Under the pieces are notes generated by a model, which was not told the DNA's origin, searched no databases, and saw only the letters and a list, made by a program, of their open reading frames with translations. A stretch of 64,000 bases of DNA from Eledone cirrhosa. Lineage: Eukaryota. The stretch is from the NCBI GenBank assembly GCA_964016885.1, contig OZ024742.1:23312001-23376000 (forward strand), in the 5' to 3' direction. The translations under genes and the position numbers were made by a program. How positions within the stretch are numbered: position 1 is the first letter of the stretch; each line of letters begins with the position of its first letter. Below, piece by piece: positions 42,124 through 55,600 of the stretch.

Positions 42124-45100
42124 TTTTCTTTATTAACCAGAAGGGTTTACATAAAGTAGACATTAAGGACAGTACAGGACAATACAGGCCGGTTCAAATG
42201 GGCATTTCTGCGTGTAAAAAAACTGAGGATGTAATAAAATAACAAAAAAAAATTCCCCAATAGGGGGGAGACTTCCGAGGGACATTTGTGGAGAAAGCCA
42301 ATTAAAAGACCACAGTGACCCTGATCACCAGGGCAATTGCCCTCTCCCAGTTTTCCACCTTTAATTTACAGACACATACTCAGAGAAGGCCCATTCATTC
42401 GGGCCATACTTGCTTCTCTCACCCATCTTTCAACAAAATGCTGGGAGAAGAGCACTTCCCTCTCTATCCTGATTTTCCTTTTCAAATGAAATTTGAAAAA
42501 GTTAATCAGGGCATCACCGAAGAGGTAAGTGCTCGTCTTCAGCCCTTTCAAAAGTGTCCACCACACTATCTCTTTCGCCATGGCCACCAGCCAGATAAAA
42601 ACTGCCTGCCCTTCCCGGCAAAAGGAAGAGGGCGGGGCAATCCTCACAATGGACTCAGCTGATAGCTGGATCCGTCCTACACGTGACAGCAGGTGTTCGA
42701 CATAAACCCACAAGTCAGCAATGCTCGGACACTGGACGAGTGCGTGCAGGACGATTTCGTCGCCCTGCGCGCATCTCGGACATGCCCGGCTGACGGCACC
42801 TCCATGCCCGAAGAGTTTATCCCGAACGGGCAAAGCTCCCCGGTAGCACTGCCAGCCCAGGGATTTCTGGAAGTTGTCCATAGGCCCCGGCCCGAAAGTT
42901 CTTCCGAAGAGATTGGCTAATTGATTTTCGTCGACGCCTAGAGTTTCTCCAAGTACGTCGTCGCTCTTACCCTCCACTAATCCCCTATAGAACGCCAAGG
43001 TGGAGTTTCCACCGATCACATTGCCCGATTGGTCGAGGGCTGTGAGCGCCTGAAGACATTCCAGTCTCCAAGCGCTCCCTCTCGGTCTTCGCTTGACCCA
43101 GGACTGCAGCTCCGTCAAGGAGACGAGCTGGGGATAAACGTGTCTAGCAAACGGCGACCACACCTGATCACCGTCGAGGAAGAGGTGGAGATTTCGTAGC
43201 CTGAGCGCGTGTCTGCGCATCATCAGCCACGGCATGCCCAGCCCTCCACGTAGCGGGTGTTGACAGCAGATGGACCGCCTGACCATCGGAGCGCGTCCCT
43301 TCCACAAGAAGCGAAAGAGCAAACGCTCCAGCGCAGTCAGGCGGGGCTTAGGACAAGGTACGACGTTCAGGCGGTAGTAGATGACGGACGCGATGTACGC
43401 GTTAGCCACCTCTGCTCGACCTTTCAGGGATAGCTTCCTCTCGGCCCATTTCTGTGTGAGAGAAGCCTCCCTGCTCGTAACTTCGTCCCAGTTTTTGTCC
43501 GTCTGGAGGTCTGGACCGAACCAGACCCCTAGCAATTTAATCGGTCCGTCCGTCGAGCGCCCGACGACGCTGTTGGACGGCATGGACCTGTCTCTCCAGG
43601 TGCCGAGCTGCAGGACCACTGACTTTTCCTGGTTGATCATTGCTCCTGTCACCGCTTCGAATTCTCTTAGTGTAGTGCCGATCGTCTCGATGTGTTTGGC
43701 GTTCGACACCACTACGGTGACATCGTCCGCATATGCTGACACGGATCTTCCGCATCCTAGTTCGCGCGGGACCCCCCTCAACGTCTCCAGTTTGTGCAGT
43801 AATGGCTCGAGAGTCAATACGTACAATAGGGACTAGAGGGGACATCCTTGGCAGACCGAGCGCATGATGTTGAACGGTTCCGAAAGGTGACTGTTCACTC
43901 TCACTACAGAGCAGATGTCGCTGTGCATGGCAGCGATCCAGCCTCTGAAGACGGGCCCAAAGCCAGCCGCCCCCAGGACTGCCGTTAGGTAACGATGGTC
44001 GACCCTATCGAAAGCATGAGGTGGAGGTTGTCGTGGATCGATCTGTCGGGAATGGCGCATGTCTGTGCCTCTCCCACCAGACCACCAACGACAAGCGCCA
44101 ACCTCTTTGCTAGCACCTTGGCCAAAATCTTGAACTGTTTAGCAGAGTTATGGGCCTAAAATTATCTATGTTATCCCCCTTGTTCGGATCCTTTCTCAGC
44201 AGCGCCACCGCTCCTCGGCTCACAGAGCTGGGAATTCTCCGGTTCTGTTGCTAGTTGCAGTAGACGTCCGCCAAGAGGCCTCCGAACAAGTCTGGCATTT
44301 GTACGTCAAGTTCATAGGGCAGACCATCCAAACCAGGCGATTTACCCCTTGTGCAGCCAGTCATTGCCTCCCGTACTTCAGCGGTTGATATCGGCTTTTC
44401 GCAACACTCCGCCTCAGTGGCTGAAAGCCGCGGCAGTCCGTCGAGGTAGACACTAAAGTCCATCCCTCGATCCGGCCCGCCACTGTCCCCGAACAGTTGA
44501 GCGAAGTGTCGCTGAAAAGCTTCACACATTTTCCCGGGATCGAGTAGCATGCGCCCGTCGTGGTCCACCAAATACCGGATCGTGGCTTTATTGCCACGAC
44601 GCACCTCCGCCACTTAGGCCCATTGAACGGCTTTCGTCCCCTCGTGTCTGAGTGCACGCACCCTAGCTCTGACAACGCAGCCTTCGTGCTTTGCATTGAA
44701 GAATGTGTCAAGGGCCAATTTCGCCGCAAGTACGTCGGTCGCGATGCCTTTGCTAAGCAGCTCGTCTAGTTTTCTAACTAATTCTCCCTCTGCTCTATTT
44801 TTCTCTATTGCTAAAGCCTTACTAAACCTAATGGACTCTATTATAATCGCTCTTTTCAGAGCAAACCACCACTTGTTGTTGACGATGGACCCCGTCAACG
44901 CCCGCTTAACTAGTTCGCTAATCCGGTCTCTGTAGGTCTTGCGCGCTGGTAAGGACGCGTTTTGCTTCCAGTAGCCCGGTCCTCGTCTATGAAGCCTATC
45001 TAAGTCAAGCACACAGATCACGAATTTGTGGTCCGTGTAGCTGACTATCTTGAATTGTGGACAGCCTATGCTAGACGTATCTATTTCCCTACAAAATACT

Positions 45101-47916
45101 CTATGTAGATATGATCTGGATGACCCCATGCGATTTGTCCAAGTCCACATTGGTAAATTCGGGAAATCCAATCGGTACCTGTCAGACAGTTCAAAACACC
45201 TGAGCAGGTTGGTGAGACTCTTGCACCCTCCTTCCCTATCCACTAATCCGACACAATCCCAGCGTGCATCTAAGATCCTGTTCCAGTCGCCCACTAACAC
45301 TAAAGAGCGGGACGTTCCAAGAAAGGTCTCCAGACGCCGGAAGAAATCAGGCCGCCCTGCTCCTGTCGGGGCATAGACGGCCACTAACCTGAAAGCTTGC
45401 CCGTCTCCGCTGGTCACGTACAGCACCACCAACTTACCTTCTGGGTCCAGGAAGATGGCCCGTATGGCAAGATCCAAACCTCTCCGAAAAAGCACAGCAA
45501 CTCCTCCCCCCGATCCCGGACGGTTGGGAGATGCGTACACATCGTAGCCGCCGAAGATCGGTGCGAAGGCCCGTGCTTCAGAGATTCTGGTCTCGCTGAT
45601 GGCCACTACATCTATGTTTAGTGACCTGAGGTCGTTGAGCAGGTGGCTCTGCTTCCATGACGACCCCAAGCCACGCGCATTTATGCTGCCTATTCTGAGT
45701 GAGGTCATGTTGAAAAGGAGTGGAAAACATGGGAAAGACCACTTACCTTACTTCTCGTAGGGGAAGGACGCTTTTTCCATCCTTTTCACTGCTTGTGGCC
45801 TCCTCAGGAAGGATGTCCTTATAAATCCTCCTGGAGAGTGCTTGTCGGAAGCCTCCGAAGTCTTTGGGAAATTTTTGTTTTAGTGTCATGTACGTTTTCT
45901 GTGTGATGCGAGTGATTTGTATGTGTGGAGGTGGTGTGAATTTTTGGGTTGTTGTGTAGTCTTTTTCTGTGATGCTGGTGTTGTGTTGGATGTAGTGTAA
46001 TAATTGCTTGTTGTTCAAATTTAATGCTGTGTAGTGTGTATCGTTTTGGTTGTTTTGTTTTGTTTGCGTTTGTTGTGGGTTTGTTTCTGTTTCGCATTTT
46101 GGTGACTTTTGTGGTGTAGGTGATGGTGGTGTTGTGGTTAATGATGGTGATGGTGTTGGTGTTTGGGTTGATGGGGTTGGTGATGCTGGTGTGGATGGTT
46201 GCATATCTCTCCTAACCTTTTTGTTTGTTAATTTATTTGTTTCCCTCTGTATTTTGTTTTTGGAGGGGGAAGGAAGAGAATTTTTTCTATTTTGGTTTCT
46301 TTTTTTTTTCCTGATACCGTTTCCCACTCCTAGTCGTCACAATCTGTCTCCAGTTGTGATAGGCCGGGGAGTGGAAAATCCTCCACAGGCGTTAGTTTTG
46401 GTTGTGGCGTGGTGGATGGTGTAGGCGCTGGTGCTAGTTCTGAAGCGTTGGGTGGTGGTGGTGTTCGTTTTGCTGGTGGTGGTGTGTTGGTTTTGCTACT
46501 GTTGCTGGGTTATTGCTGTTATAGTTGCTTCTGTTATTGATGTTACAGTTGTTGCTGCCATCTCTGCTACTGGTGGTGTTGATGGTTGTGTCACTGGGGT
46601 GTGTAGGAGAGGTGGCCTCAACCTTTTAGCCTGAGGGCAGAAAGCCCTTAGGTGGGTTCCTTCACCACAAACGACACACCTAGGCCTTCTGTCCTCGACA
46701 ATTACGGTGAGGTGGCTGCCGTCAGTGAGGTCTATTACCTCTGGGATCTCTTCAATGCTTTTTTGGTCCGCTTGGATCAGGAGCTCCATCCCAGATCCGG
46801 ACCAGATCTCCTGCTTTTCTTTTGCTATTGCTATTATCTTTGTGTTGGCTTCGATGCCGGCGAGGACGGCCGCTATTAGCCAGGGAATTTCGATGGCCTG
46901 TGGAACGTGGGTCACCCTGATCTTTACGAGTCTCTGGCCACAATAGCTTGGGACGAGTGTGAAGTCGTCACTTCTTAATGGGGCCATGGAGTGTTCTCTA
47001 GCCTCTTCTGGTGTTTCAAAGAACACGTCCACGGTTCCATAATTCTGCCCACGTCTGATGTGGGTTTTTCTTGCCCACACATGTCACAAAGCTTTTTGGA
47101 TTTGGGACTCGGATGCCCGTTCCACTCGGCGCGATTTTACATTTATTGTTCGATACGACACGGTGCATAGGCGCCGATGCTCCATTTTATTAGGTGTGGG
47201 GTGGGGTGGGGTGAGGCTGACCCTGTACCCATCTTTCTTTACCATTTGTTTGGCATTTTCTAATTCCTCCTGAGTTACCGTAAATGTTTCGCACTGTTTT
47301 GCTACTCTGGCAAAACTCAGGTTTTTTTTTTTAATGTCATTGTTGTTGTTGCTATAGTTATTTTTGTTATTATTAATTTTAGTTTCAGTTGTGGTGGTGG
47401 TGACGTCAGTGAAGTTCGGTTTGGGAGAGTCCATTTTGGTTGAATATATTTCGACATCACGAGTTGATTTATTTTTTCCTTTTGTTCCTGTTGTCGCGGT
47501 GGCGGTAGTGGTGGTGGCGGCTTTAACACCTGCAGTCATTGGTAATGGCGGGAAATGAATGTCTGCCTGAGACAAATTTAAAATATTGCTAGTGCTTAAA
47601 TTGTGTGTGTTGGCAGACGTAGTAACATTTACAATGGTGGTGTCGGTGTGAGGTGTTAATTTGTGAGAAAGGCTTTCAGCTGCTTGGTGCAGTGGTGAAT
47701 TAGCCATTTTTTTTCAAAGAAATTTTTTGATAATCTTAAAAGTTTAAATTTTGGGCACAAGGCCCCAATCTTTTTGGGTGTCCTTTTCGGAAAACAATGT
47801 ATGTGCGCTTATATATAGTTAACAATAAAATTTTTCCATAAATGGCAATTTTTAACAAACGGAAATAACAAACTTTTGCGGAGCTCACGATGATACGATT
47901 TACTACGTAGGTCGCC

Positions 47917-47917
<1 letters not shown>
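42083..47917 (-). mobile_element. Near full-length Tx1-clade LINE with disrupted ORF1 (47707-45743) and ORF2 (45708-42366)
   Basis: ORF1 knuckle CVVCGEGTHLRAFC. ORF2 APE (SINARGL, SETR, YAPT, GDWN, TDH), RT (KSPGLDGLP, AFDRVDH, QGCPL, YADD) and CPRC..H...C. In-frame stops at 44614 and 44251, deletion near 44020; (AAT)n at both ends. Confidence 0.96.
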
Positions 47918-47967
<50 letters not shown>

Positions 47968-47970
<3 letters not shown>

Positions 47971-48157
47971 TGTTTCTACTTTTGGCACAAGGCAAGCAAA
48001 TTACCCAGTACATTACTGGTACTTTATTTTATCGACCCCATAAGCATGAAAGGCAAAGTTAACCTCGGCGGGATTTGAACTCAGACCGTAAAGGGACGTA
48101 ACTATGCTGGAAAGCATGGCATCCGACCCTCTACCGATACTGCCAATCCACCGCCCT

Positions 48158-48193
<36 letters not shown>

Positions 48194-48384
48194 GTAATAA
48201 TAATAATAATAATAATAATTCTTTCTTATAGAGGCACAAGGCCAGCAATTTTGGGGTAGGTAACAGGCGATTAAATGCTTGTTTCTACTTTAGGCACAAG
48301 GCCAGCAATTAACCAGTGCATTACTGGTACTTTATTTTATCGACCCCGTAAGGATGAAAGGCAAACGATTAAATACTGCCAATC
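47968..48384 (-). mobile_element. Full SINE (47968-48156) plus two partial copies within (AAT)n
   Basis: Complete head, core and tail, then tail and core fragments at 48220-48384. Confidence 0.9.
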
Positions 48385-48389
48385 GACAA

Positions 48390-48457
<68 letters not shown>

Positions 48458-49759
48458 AAAGTAGTAATGGTAGTAGTAGTAGTAGTAACAAAGAAATACA
48501 GAAAGAAATATTACTGTGCAAGGGTCAAATTTTAATAAAATATACAAGGAAGATTTATGAAGCAGCTGAGATTAAAGGGTGATCTATTGCACAAACTTCA
48601 GCATGCTAAGCAGGTGTTGCTATACACACAGGGGGAAAATAACGCCCGAAATAGAGATATGTACATCTATATTTTCATATCTAAATATCGTTATTATTAT
48701 TTACTGATGTCCCTCTGTGTTTAGCGTGAAATACAAGTTCATTAATATATGCACCTGTATATATACATATATGTATGTGTGTGCACTTTCCTGTGATTAA
48801 AGAAAAAACTAATTTCTGGAACTACAAACACGTGAAGCCCATAAAGATGTTGATCCTGACATCGATGAAGGACATTTGCCTGCATCAGATACCAACCCTC
48901 TTAAGTTAATGAATTTTTATCTTAAACATTTACCACGCTGCTTCATCACTTCTAACACATTATCAAATCCACTAGACTCTATCCATATCTACATTGATGA
49001 TTGTACGCTTGGATTATCTGATTATCCAATAGTCAAACATTCGCGGCATTAACTCAGAGTTTAATCCATGATGCTGGGAAGCAGTATGTGCTGTCATGAT
49101 GGAATACATCCTAGAATGGAAATATAAGAAGAGCGAGAGAAATAAATAAAAGCAAATGGAAACAGAACAAAAAACAAAACTAACCACCAATTTACTGCCG
49201 AATAATTTGAATCGGATTAGACAGACAGAAAGAAAAGACCACAACAAAAAATAAAAATAGAGAATATATTTATTTGCCGTTGTGCTGCCAAATGATGCCG
49301 AAAGCCACTGACCCGCATCTCCGGTCAAGAAGGTGACAGCAACAGGATAATAACATCGACCCCACTTCTTCGATAAAGGAAGGCACTCGAGCCTCAGTAT
49401 ACTGCTTGGCAGCCCCAACTGGTAGCAGTTTCATCTCCACCACCATTAACAAGAGGAATACAACGACAACAACTGTGACATTAACAACAACAACTCTACC
49501 ATTAACAAGAGGAGGCCAACACCAGCATCAGTGACTCACCTCCAGCCACAAGGTCCTATGACAAACTGCTAGGCTGCTGGCATGTGTGCGTGCTGAACTC
49601 CGGGTCTTTCCGCTGAGCAAACACACTGCCCCCCCCCCCTTTTTTTTGTACATTCACCCATTCACTCATTCATTTACTAACATTCTACCTTCCTGTGTGT
49701 CCCCCTCCATGCAGCCCTTTCTTTTCTCACTTGTTTTCTGACACCTCTATATATATAGG

Positions 49760-50130
49760 TGAGCTATGCTGCCCTCTTACCACCACGTTCCCTTCCACCC
49801 ACACACGCCAGTCACCCACCACTGATGCCGCTCGGTGCCCCAGTCCTCGGCCCCACGCCCCATCCCCCATCCCTCCAAGCCGACACCTGCAGCACTTGCA
49901 GCACCACTAACAAACAGAAGAGGGGCCGGAACTGTATGGGGTGCAGCTGCTTCCACCATCTCACCTACGTTGGCTTGTATCGTCGAGCTTCCAATGCCCT
50001 CGCAACGTGGAGGTGCAGCAGCTGCTTCTTACCCTCGTCTTTCCAGCCACAGCCGTCTGGCACGCCACCAGCTAGGACAGCGAGCTTGCCTGTCGCCCAA
50101 GTCTCGTGGGTCAACATTGCTCGGCTCAGG
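49760..50130 (+). pseudogene. Degenerate PHD-finger-like coding fragment, probably the 5' part of a non-LTR retrotransposon
   Basis: CSTC-x10-CMGC-x4-HLTY-x12-WRCSSC fits C4HC3 with one Cys replaced by Tyr; GC-rich and Pro-rich; no splice context. Confidence 0.55.
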
Positions 50131-50212
50131 TGAATTATCACCAAGTCACAACCAGTGATCTCAAGAGACAACAATATCCGCCATGTTCAAGGAAGAACAT
50201 ACATACACACAC

Positions 50213-52632
50213 ATGCATCTCGATCCCGGGCAAATGTGTGAAGCTTTTCAGCGGCACTTCGCTCAGTTGTTCGGGGGCAGCGGCGGGGAGGATCGAAGGA
50301 TGGACTTTAGTGTCTACCTCGACGGACTGCCGCGGATCTCGACCACTGAGGCGGAGAGTTGCCAAAAGCCGATAACAGCCGCTGAAGTACGGGAGGCAAT
50401 GACTAGCTGCACAAGGGGTAAATCGCCTGGTTTGGATTGACTGCCCTATGAACTTTACGTACAGATGCCAGACTTGTTCGGAGGCCTCTTGGCGGACGTC
50501 TACTGCAACTGGCAACAGACTGGGAGTATTCCCAGCTCTGTGAACCGAGGAGCGGTGGCGCTGCTGAGAAAGGATCCGAACAAGGGGGATAACATAGATA
50601 ATTTTAGGCCCATAACCCTGCTAAACACAGAGTTCAAGATTTTGGCCAAGGTGCTAGCAAAGAGGTTGGCGCTTGTCGTTGGTGGTCTGGTGGGAGAGGC
50701 GCAGACATGCGCCATTCCCGACAGATCCATCCACGACAAACTCCATCTCATGCGATACATCGTAGAGAGGGTAGCTAGGGAACCTGGCACGGGTGGGTCC
50801 TTGATCAATTTAGATCAGTCGAAAGCTTTCGATAGGGTCGACCATCGTTACCTAGCGGCAGTCCTAAGGGCGGCTGGCTTTGGGCCCGTCTTCAGAGGCT
50901 GGATCGCTGCCATGCACAGCGACATCTGCTCTGTGGTGAGAGTGAACGGTCACCTTTCGGAACCGTTCAACATCATGCGCTCGGTCCGCCAAGGATGTCC
51001 CCTCTCGTCCCTCTTGTACGTATTGACTCTCGAGCCATTACTGCACAAACTGGAGACGTTCAGGGGGGTCCCGCGTGAACTAGGATGCGGACGATCCGTG
51101 TCAGCATATGCGAACGATGCCACCGTAGTGGTGTCGAACGCCAAACACATCGAGGCGATTGGCACTACACTAAGAGAATACGAAGCGGTGACAGGAGCAA
51201 TGATAAACCAGGAAAAGTCAGTGGTCCTGCAGCTCGGCACCTGGAGAGGCAGGTCCATGCCGTCCAACAGCGTCGTCGGGCGCTGGACGGACGGATCAGT
51301 TAAATTGCTCGGGGTCTGGTTCTGTCCGGACCTCCAGACGGACAAAAGCTGGGACGAGGTGACGAGCAGGGTGGCTTCTCTCACCCAGAAATGGGCCGAG
51401 AGGAAGCTATCCCTGAAAGGTCGAGCGGAGGTGGCTAACGCGTATATCGCGTCCGTCATCTACTACTGCCTGACCGTCGTACGTTGTCCTAAGCACCGCC
51501 TGACTGCGCTGGGGCTTTTGCTCTTTCGCTTTCTGTGGAAGGGACGCGTTCCTATGGTCAGGCGGTCCGTCTGCTGTCAATACCCGCTACGTGGGGGGCT
51601 GGGAATACCGTGGCTGATGATGCGCAGACACGCGCTCAGGCTACGACATCTCCACCTCATCCTCGACGGTGATCAGGTGTGGTCTCCGTTTGCTAGACAC
51701 GTCTTTCCCCAGCTCGTCTCCTTGACGGAGCTGCAGTCCTGGGTCAAGAGAAGACCGAGAGGGAGCGCTTTGAGACTGGAATGTCTTCAGGCTCTTACAG
51801 CCCTCGACCAATCGGGCAATGTGATCGGTGGAAACACCACCTTGGCGTTTTATAGAGGATTAGTGCAGGGGAAGAGCGACGACGTACTTGGGGAAAATCT
51901 AGGCGTCGACGAAAATCAACTAGCCAATCTCTTCGGAAGAACTTTCGGGCCGGGACCTATGGACAACTTCCAGAAATTCCTGGCCTGGCAGTGCTACCGA
52001 GGAGCTTTGCCAATTCGGGATAAACTCTACAGGCATGGAGGTGCCGTCATCCGGGAATGTCCGAGATGCGCGCATGGCGATGAAACCGTCCTGCACGCAC
52101 TCGTCCAGTGTCCGAGCATTGCTGACTTGTGGGTTTATGTCGAACACCTGCTGTCGCGTGTGGGACGGATCCGGCTATCAGATGAGTCCATCGTGAGGAT
52201 TGCCCCGCCCTCTTCCTTTAGCCGGGAAGGGCAGGCAGTTTTTATCTGTCTGGTGGCCATGACGAAAGAGATAGTATGGTGGACACGTTTGAAAGGGCTG
52301 AAGACGAGCTCCAATGGTGATGCCCTGATTAACTTTTTCAAATTTCATTTGAAAAGGAAAATCAGGGTAGAAAGGGAAGTTCTCTCTTCCCTGCATCTTG
52401 CTGAAAGATGGTGAGAGAGGCAAGAATGGCCCGAGTGAATGGGCCTACTCTGAGTATGTGTCTGTAAATTAAAGGTGGAAAACTGGTAGAGGGTGCTTCC
52501 CCTGGTGGTCAGGGTCACTGTGGCTTTTTAATTTGTACCTCCCTGTATTGTCCTGTACTGTCCTTAATGTCTACTTTATGTAAACCCTTGTGGTTAATAA
52601 AGAAATCATTATCATTATTATTATTATTATTA
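50213..52632 (+). mobile_element. 5'-truncated Tx1-clade LINE (RT, zinc finger, 3' UTR), same subfamily as 42083-47917
   Basis: 649-aa ORF with FRPITLLN, DQSKAFDRVDH, RQGCPLS, YAND (catalytic Asp lost) and CPRC; internal 3' UTR deletion; (ATT)n tail. Confidence 0.96.
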
Positions 52633-55600
52633 CAGTTGCATTTATCTTGCTTTATGTTCATACGAGTTATCACCAAGTCACAACAAGTGACCTCAAGAGA
52701 CAACAAGGTCCGCCATGTTCAAGAAAGAACATACATACTCACACATACATCTTTAGTGTTTAGACTTGTGATGTACTTATATTGACAGAATCTTCCTTAG
52801 TATATGGGCAGTTCCCATTAGTACTATCTTTTGTATTTCTCCTATACGCGGGCTTCCTGGGATTTGCGATAAGTAGTCGTTAGACCCCTTAGGTATCATT
52901 CCCAGAGCGCCTACAACCACTGGTATTGTTTTAGTTTTCAATTTCCACATTTTTCCAATTTCTATCTCCAGGTCCTTATACTTGCTCAATTTTTCAAATG
53001 TTTTTATAGATACATTCTTGTCTATTAGAACAGACATATCAATTAGCAGGCATACCCTCTTTTTAAAGTCCTTCAATATTATATCAGGTCTACTTGCATC
53101 TATTTTTCGGTCTGTTTGGATGCTAAAGTTCCACAAGATTGAGATGTGATCTTTTTCAAGTATGGGAGGTGGTTGATGTTCCCACCAATTCTTTTGATGG
53201 GGCAGGTCAAAATGATTACACATTATCCAATGTATGTATTGTGCAGCTCTGTCATGCCTGTTTAGGTATTCCGTTGGAGCTATAGGACTGCACATTGAAA
53301 TTATATGGTCAATGGTCTCTGGTTGTTTTTTGCATACACGGCATAATGGGCTGCATCCATTTTTTATTATGTTGGCTTGGTAATTTTTTGTTGGCAGACA
53401 CTGATCTTGTGCTGATATAATCAGTCCTTCAGTCTCCGATTTCAGTCCAGAGGATGCCAACCACTGATGGGTTAAAGTTTTGTCAACATCAGGATTGTTA
53501 GCTCGCTCTGGGTATTTTCCATACAGAGGCTTTTCTTGGCATTTCTTAGCCAGTTTCTGTAGCAGTTCTTTCTTTGTAGTTACTTTTACCTGCTTTGCTT
53601 TTTCTGTGTTTTCCATTTCAGCAGTAAATGGGACTTCTGAAATTTGTAGTCCATTACTGTATCTTTGTGCATCTTTTGTAATGATAATCCAATTGTTGCA
53701 GTTTTCAACGCAATGTCTAACTGGATTAACCCACGTCCTCCTTCTTTCCTAGGGAGATATATTCTATCTATATCTGCCTTAGGGTGATGCATTCTGTGCA
53801 TGGTTAAGAATTTTCGAATGTTTGTATCGAGCCTACGGATCTCTGTGCTTGACCAGTTGATGACATTGTAACTGTCGGTTACTACTGGTATGGCAAGCGT
53901 GTTTATGGCATCGATCCTATTCCTTGCATTCAATTCCGTTCTTAAGATTGCTCTTACTCTGCGGTAACATTCATTCCTTATCCTTTCCTTCATTGTCGAG
54001 TGCTTGATTCCGTCTCCTTCACAAACACCTAGATATTTGTAAGTTTTTTCTTGATCAAGTTCTCTTATCACGTTCCCCCGATCAAGATTAATGTCTGAAC
54101 TCTTCAGCAGCTTTCCTCTGGTGAACGTTGCTTTGGCGAATTTATCTAGTCCAAACTCCATTTTAATGTCATCACTGAACTGCTCCACAGTGGATAATAG
54201 CCCTTGCAATTGTTCATCATTTTTTGCAAATAGTTTCAGGTCATCCATGTAGAACAGGTGATTAATGGTTTTGTCATAGACTTTATATCCATGTTTTGTT
54301 TCATTGAGCATTTTACTTAATGGTATAAGTGCGATGCAGAATAAAAGCGGTGATAAAGAGTCACCCTGAAAAATTCCACAATTAATATTAACTTCTCCAG
54401 CTTCCAGTGATTTTGTTTCACTATTCAAAAGGAGTGTCGTTTTCCATTTCTTCATACTGAATGACAAAAACCTCCTGACAACGGGGGATATTTTGAATAT
54501 CTCTAAACGTTTTTCAATCCAACTGTGTGGCAAACTATCGAATGCTTTTTTATAATCTATCCAAGCAATCGATAGATTTTTGTGTCTATTATGACAATCT
54601 TCCAGTATCATTTTGTTAACCAGAAGCTGATCCTTACAGCCATATGAGCCTCGTTTACACCCTTTCTGATAATTTGTTATCAGGTGGTCATATGTGTACT
54701 CAGTTAGGACTGATGTTAAAATTGTATACATTGTGGTCAAGCAAGTTATCGGTCTGTAATTTTTGGGATTGTTTGTCTCATCATTCTTCGGAAGCAGCAA
54801 TGTAATGCCGTTAACTAGCCATGATGGTATCTTTTCTGGCTCCTTAACTATTTCATTGTAAAGTTGGGCTAACAGCTCATGAGACTCTGTGAAGGCATTT
54901 ATCCAAAAGTTTTGTATTTTGTCTTTTCCTGGGGATTTCCATTTGCTAGTTTTTCTTAGAGCCAAGCGCAACTGTTCAACTGTTATATTTTCCCATATTT
55001 GTTCCTCAAGGTGAGCTGTATCTTTCATTTGTCTGTCTATCCATGGGGCATGTATGTTATGAACTTTTTCTTCGGCCCAGATCTTTTCCCAGAATTCTTG
55101 CACTTCCTCCTTGGGTGGTATTGATTTAGCAGTTATTGTTGACTTACCAATTTTTCTGTAGAAGTTTCTTTGGTTGTTTTTGAACATATTATTGTCCTTA
55201 TAGAATCTAGATCGTTTTTCAAAGCGCCTTATACGAGCAGCTTTGGCCGACACTTTTTGCTTGATTATTTCTATCAGCATGTCTATGTCATATGTTGATT
55301 TTATACTGTACTTTTTTTTCAATTTTCTAAGTTTAGTTTGTTTAAGATGTTCACCTACTTTATAGTTTGTTAACATTTCTATGTCAGATCGGAGAAGGTT
55401 TATTTGGCGATTGATGTTCTCTTGCCAAGAAGATTTCTTGTGGGAATTCCTTTCTTTTTCATCTTCACTCCACATAAGTGAGTGGTGACTTTAGCCGATG
55501 CATAATAGAAGAGATGATTTAAATCAGTAATGTTTAGTTTGTTTGTGATGATAATGTTTTTGAGAATTATGTTAGTCTTGTGTATTATCTTTTGGTTCTG

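Noticed and set aside
48860-49060. IHIYIDDCTL as a CR1/Jockey RT remnant
   Set aside because: Only one YADD-like motif, with no convincing neighbouring RT motifs.
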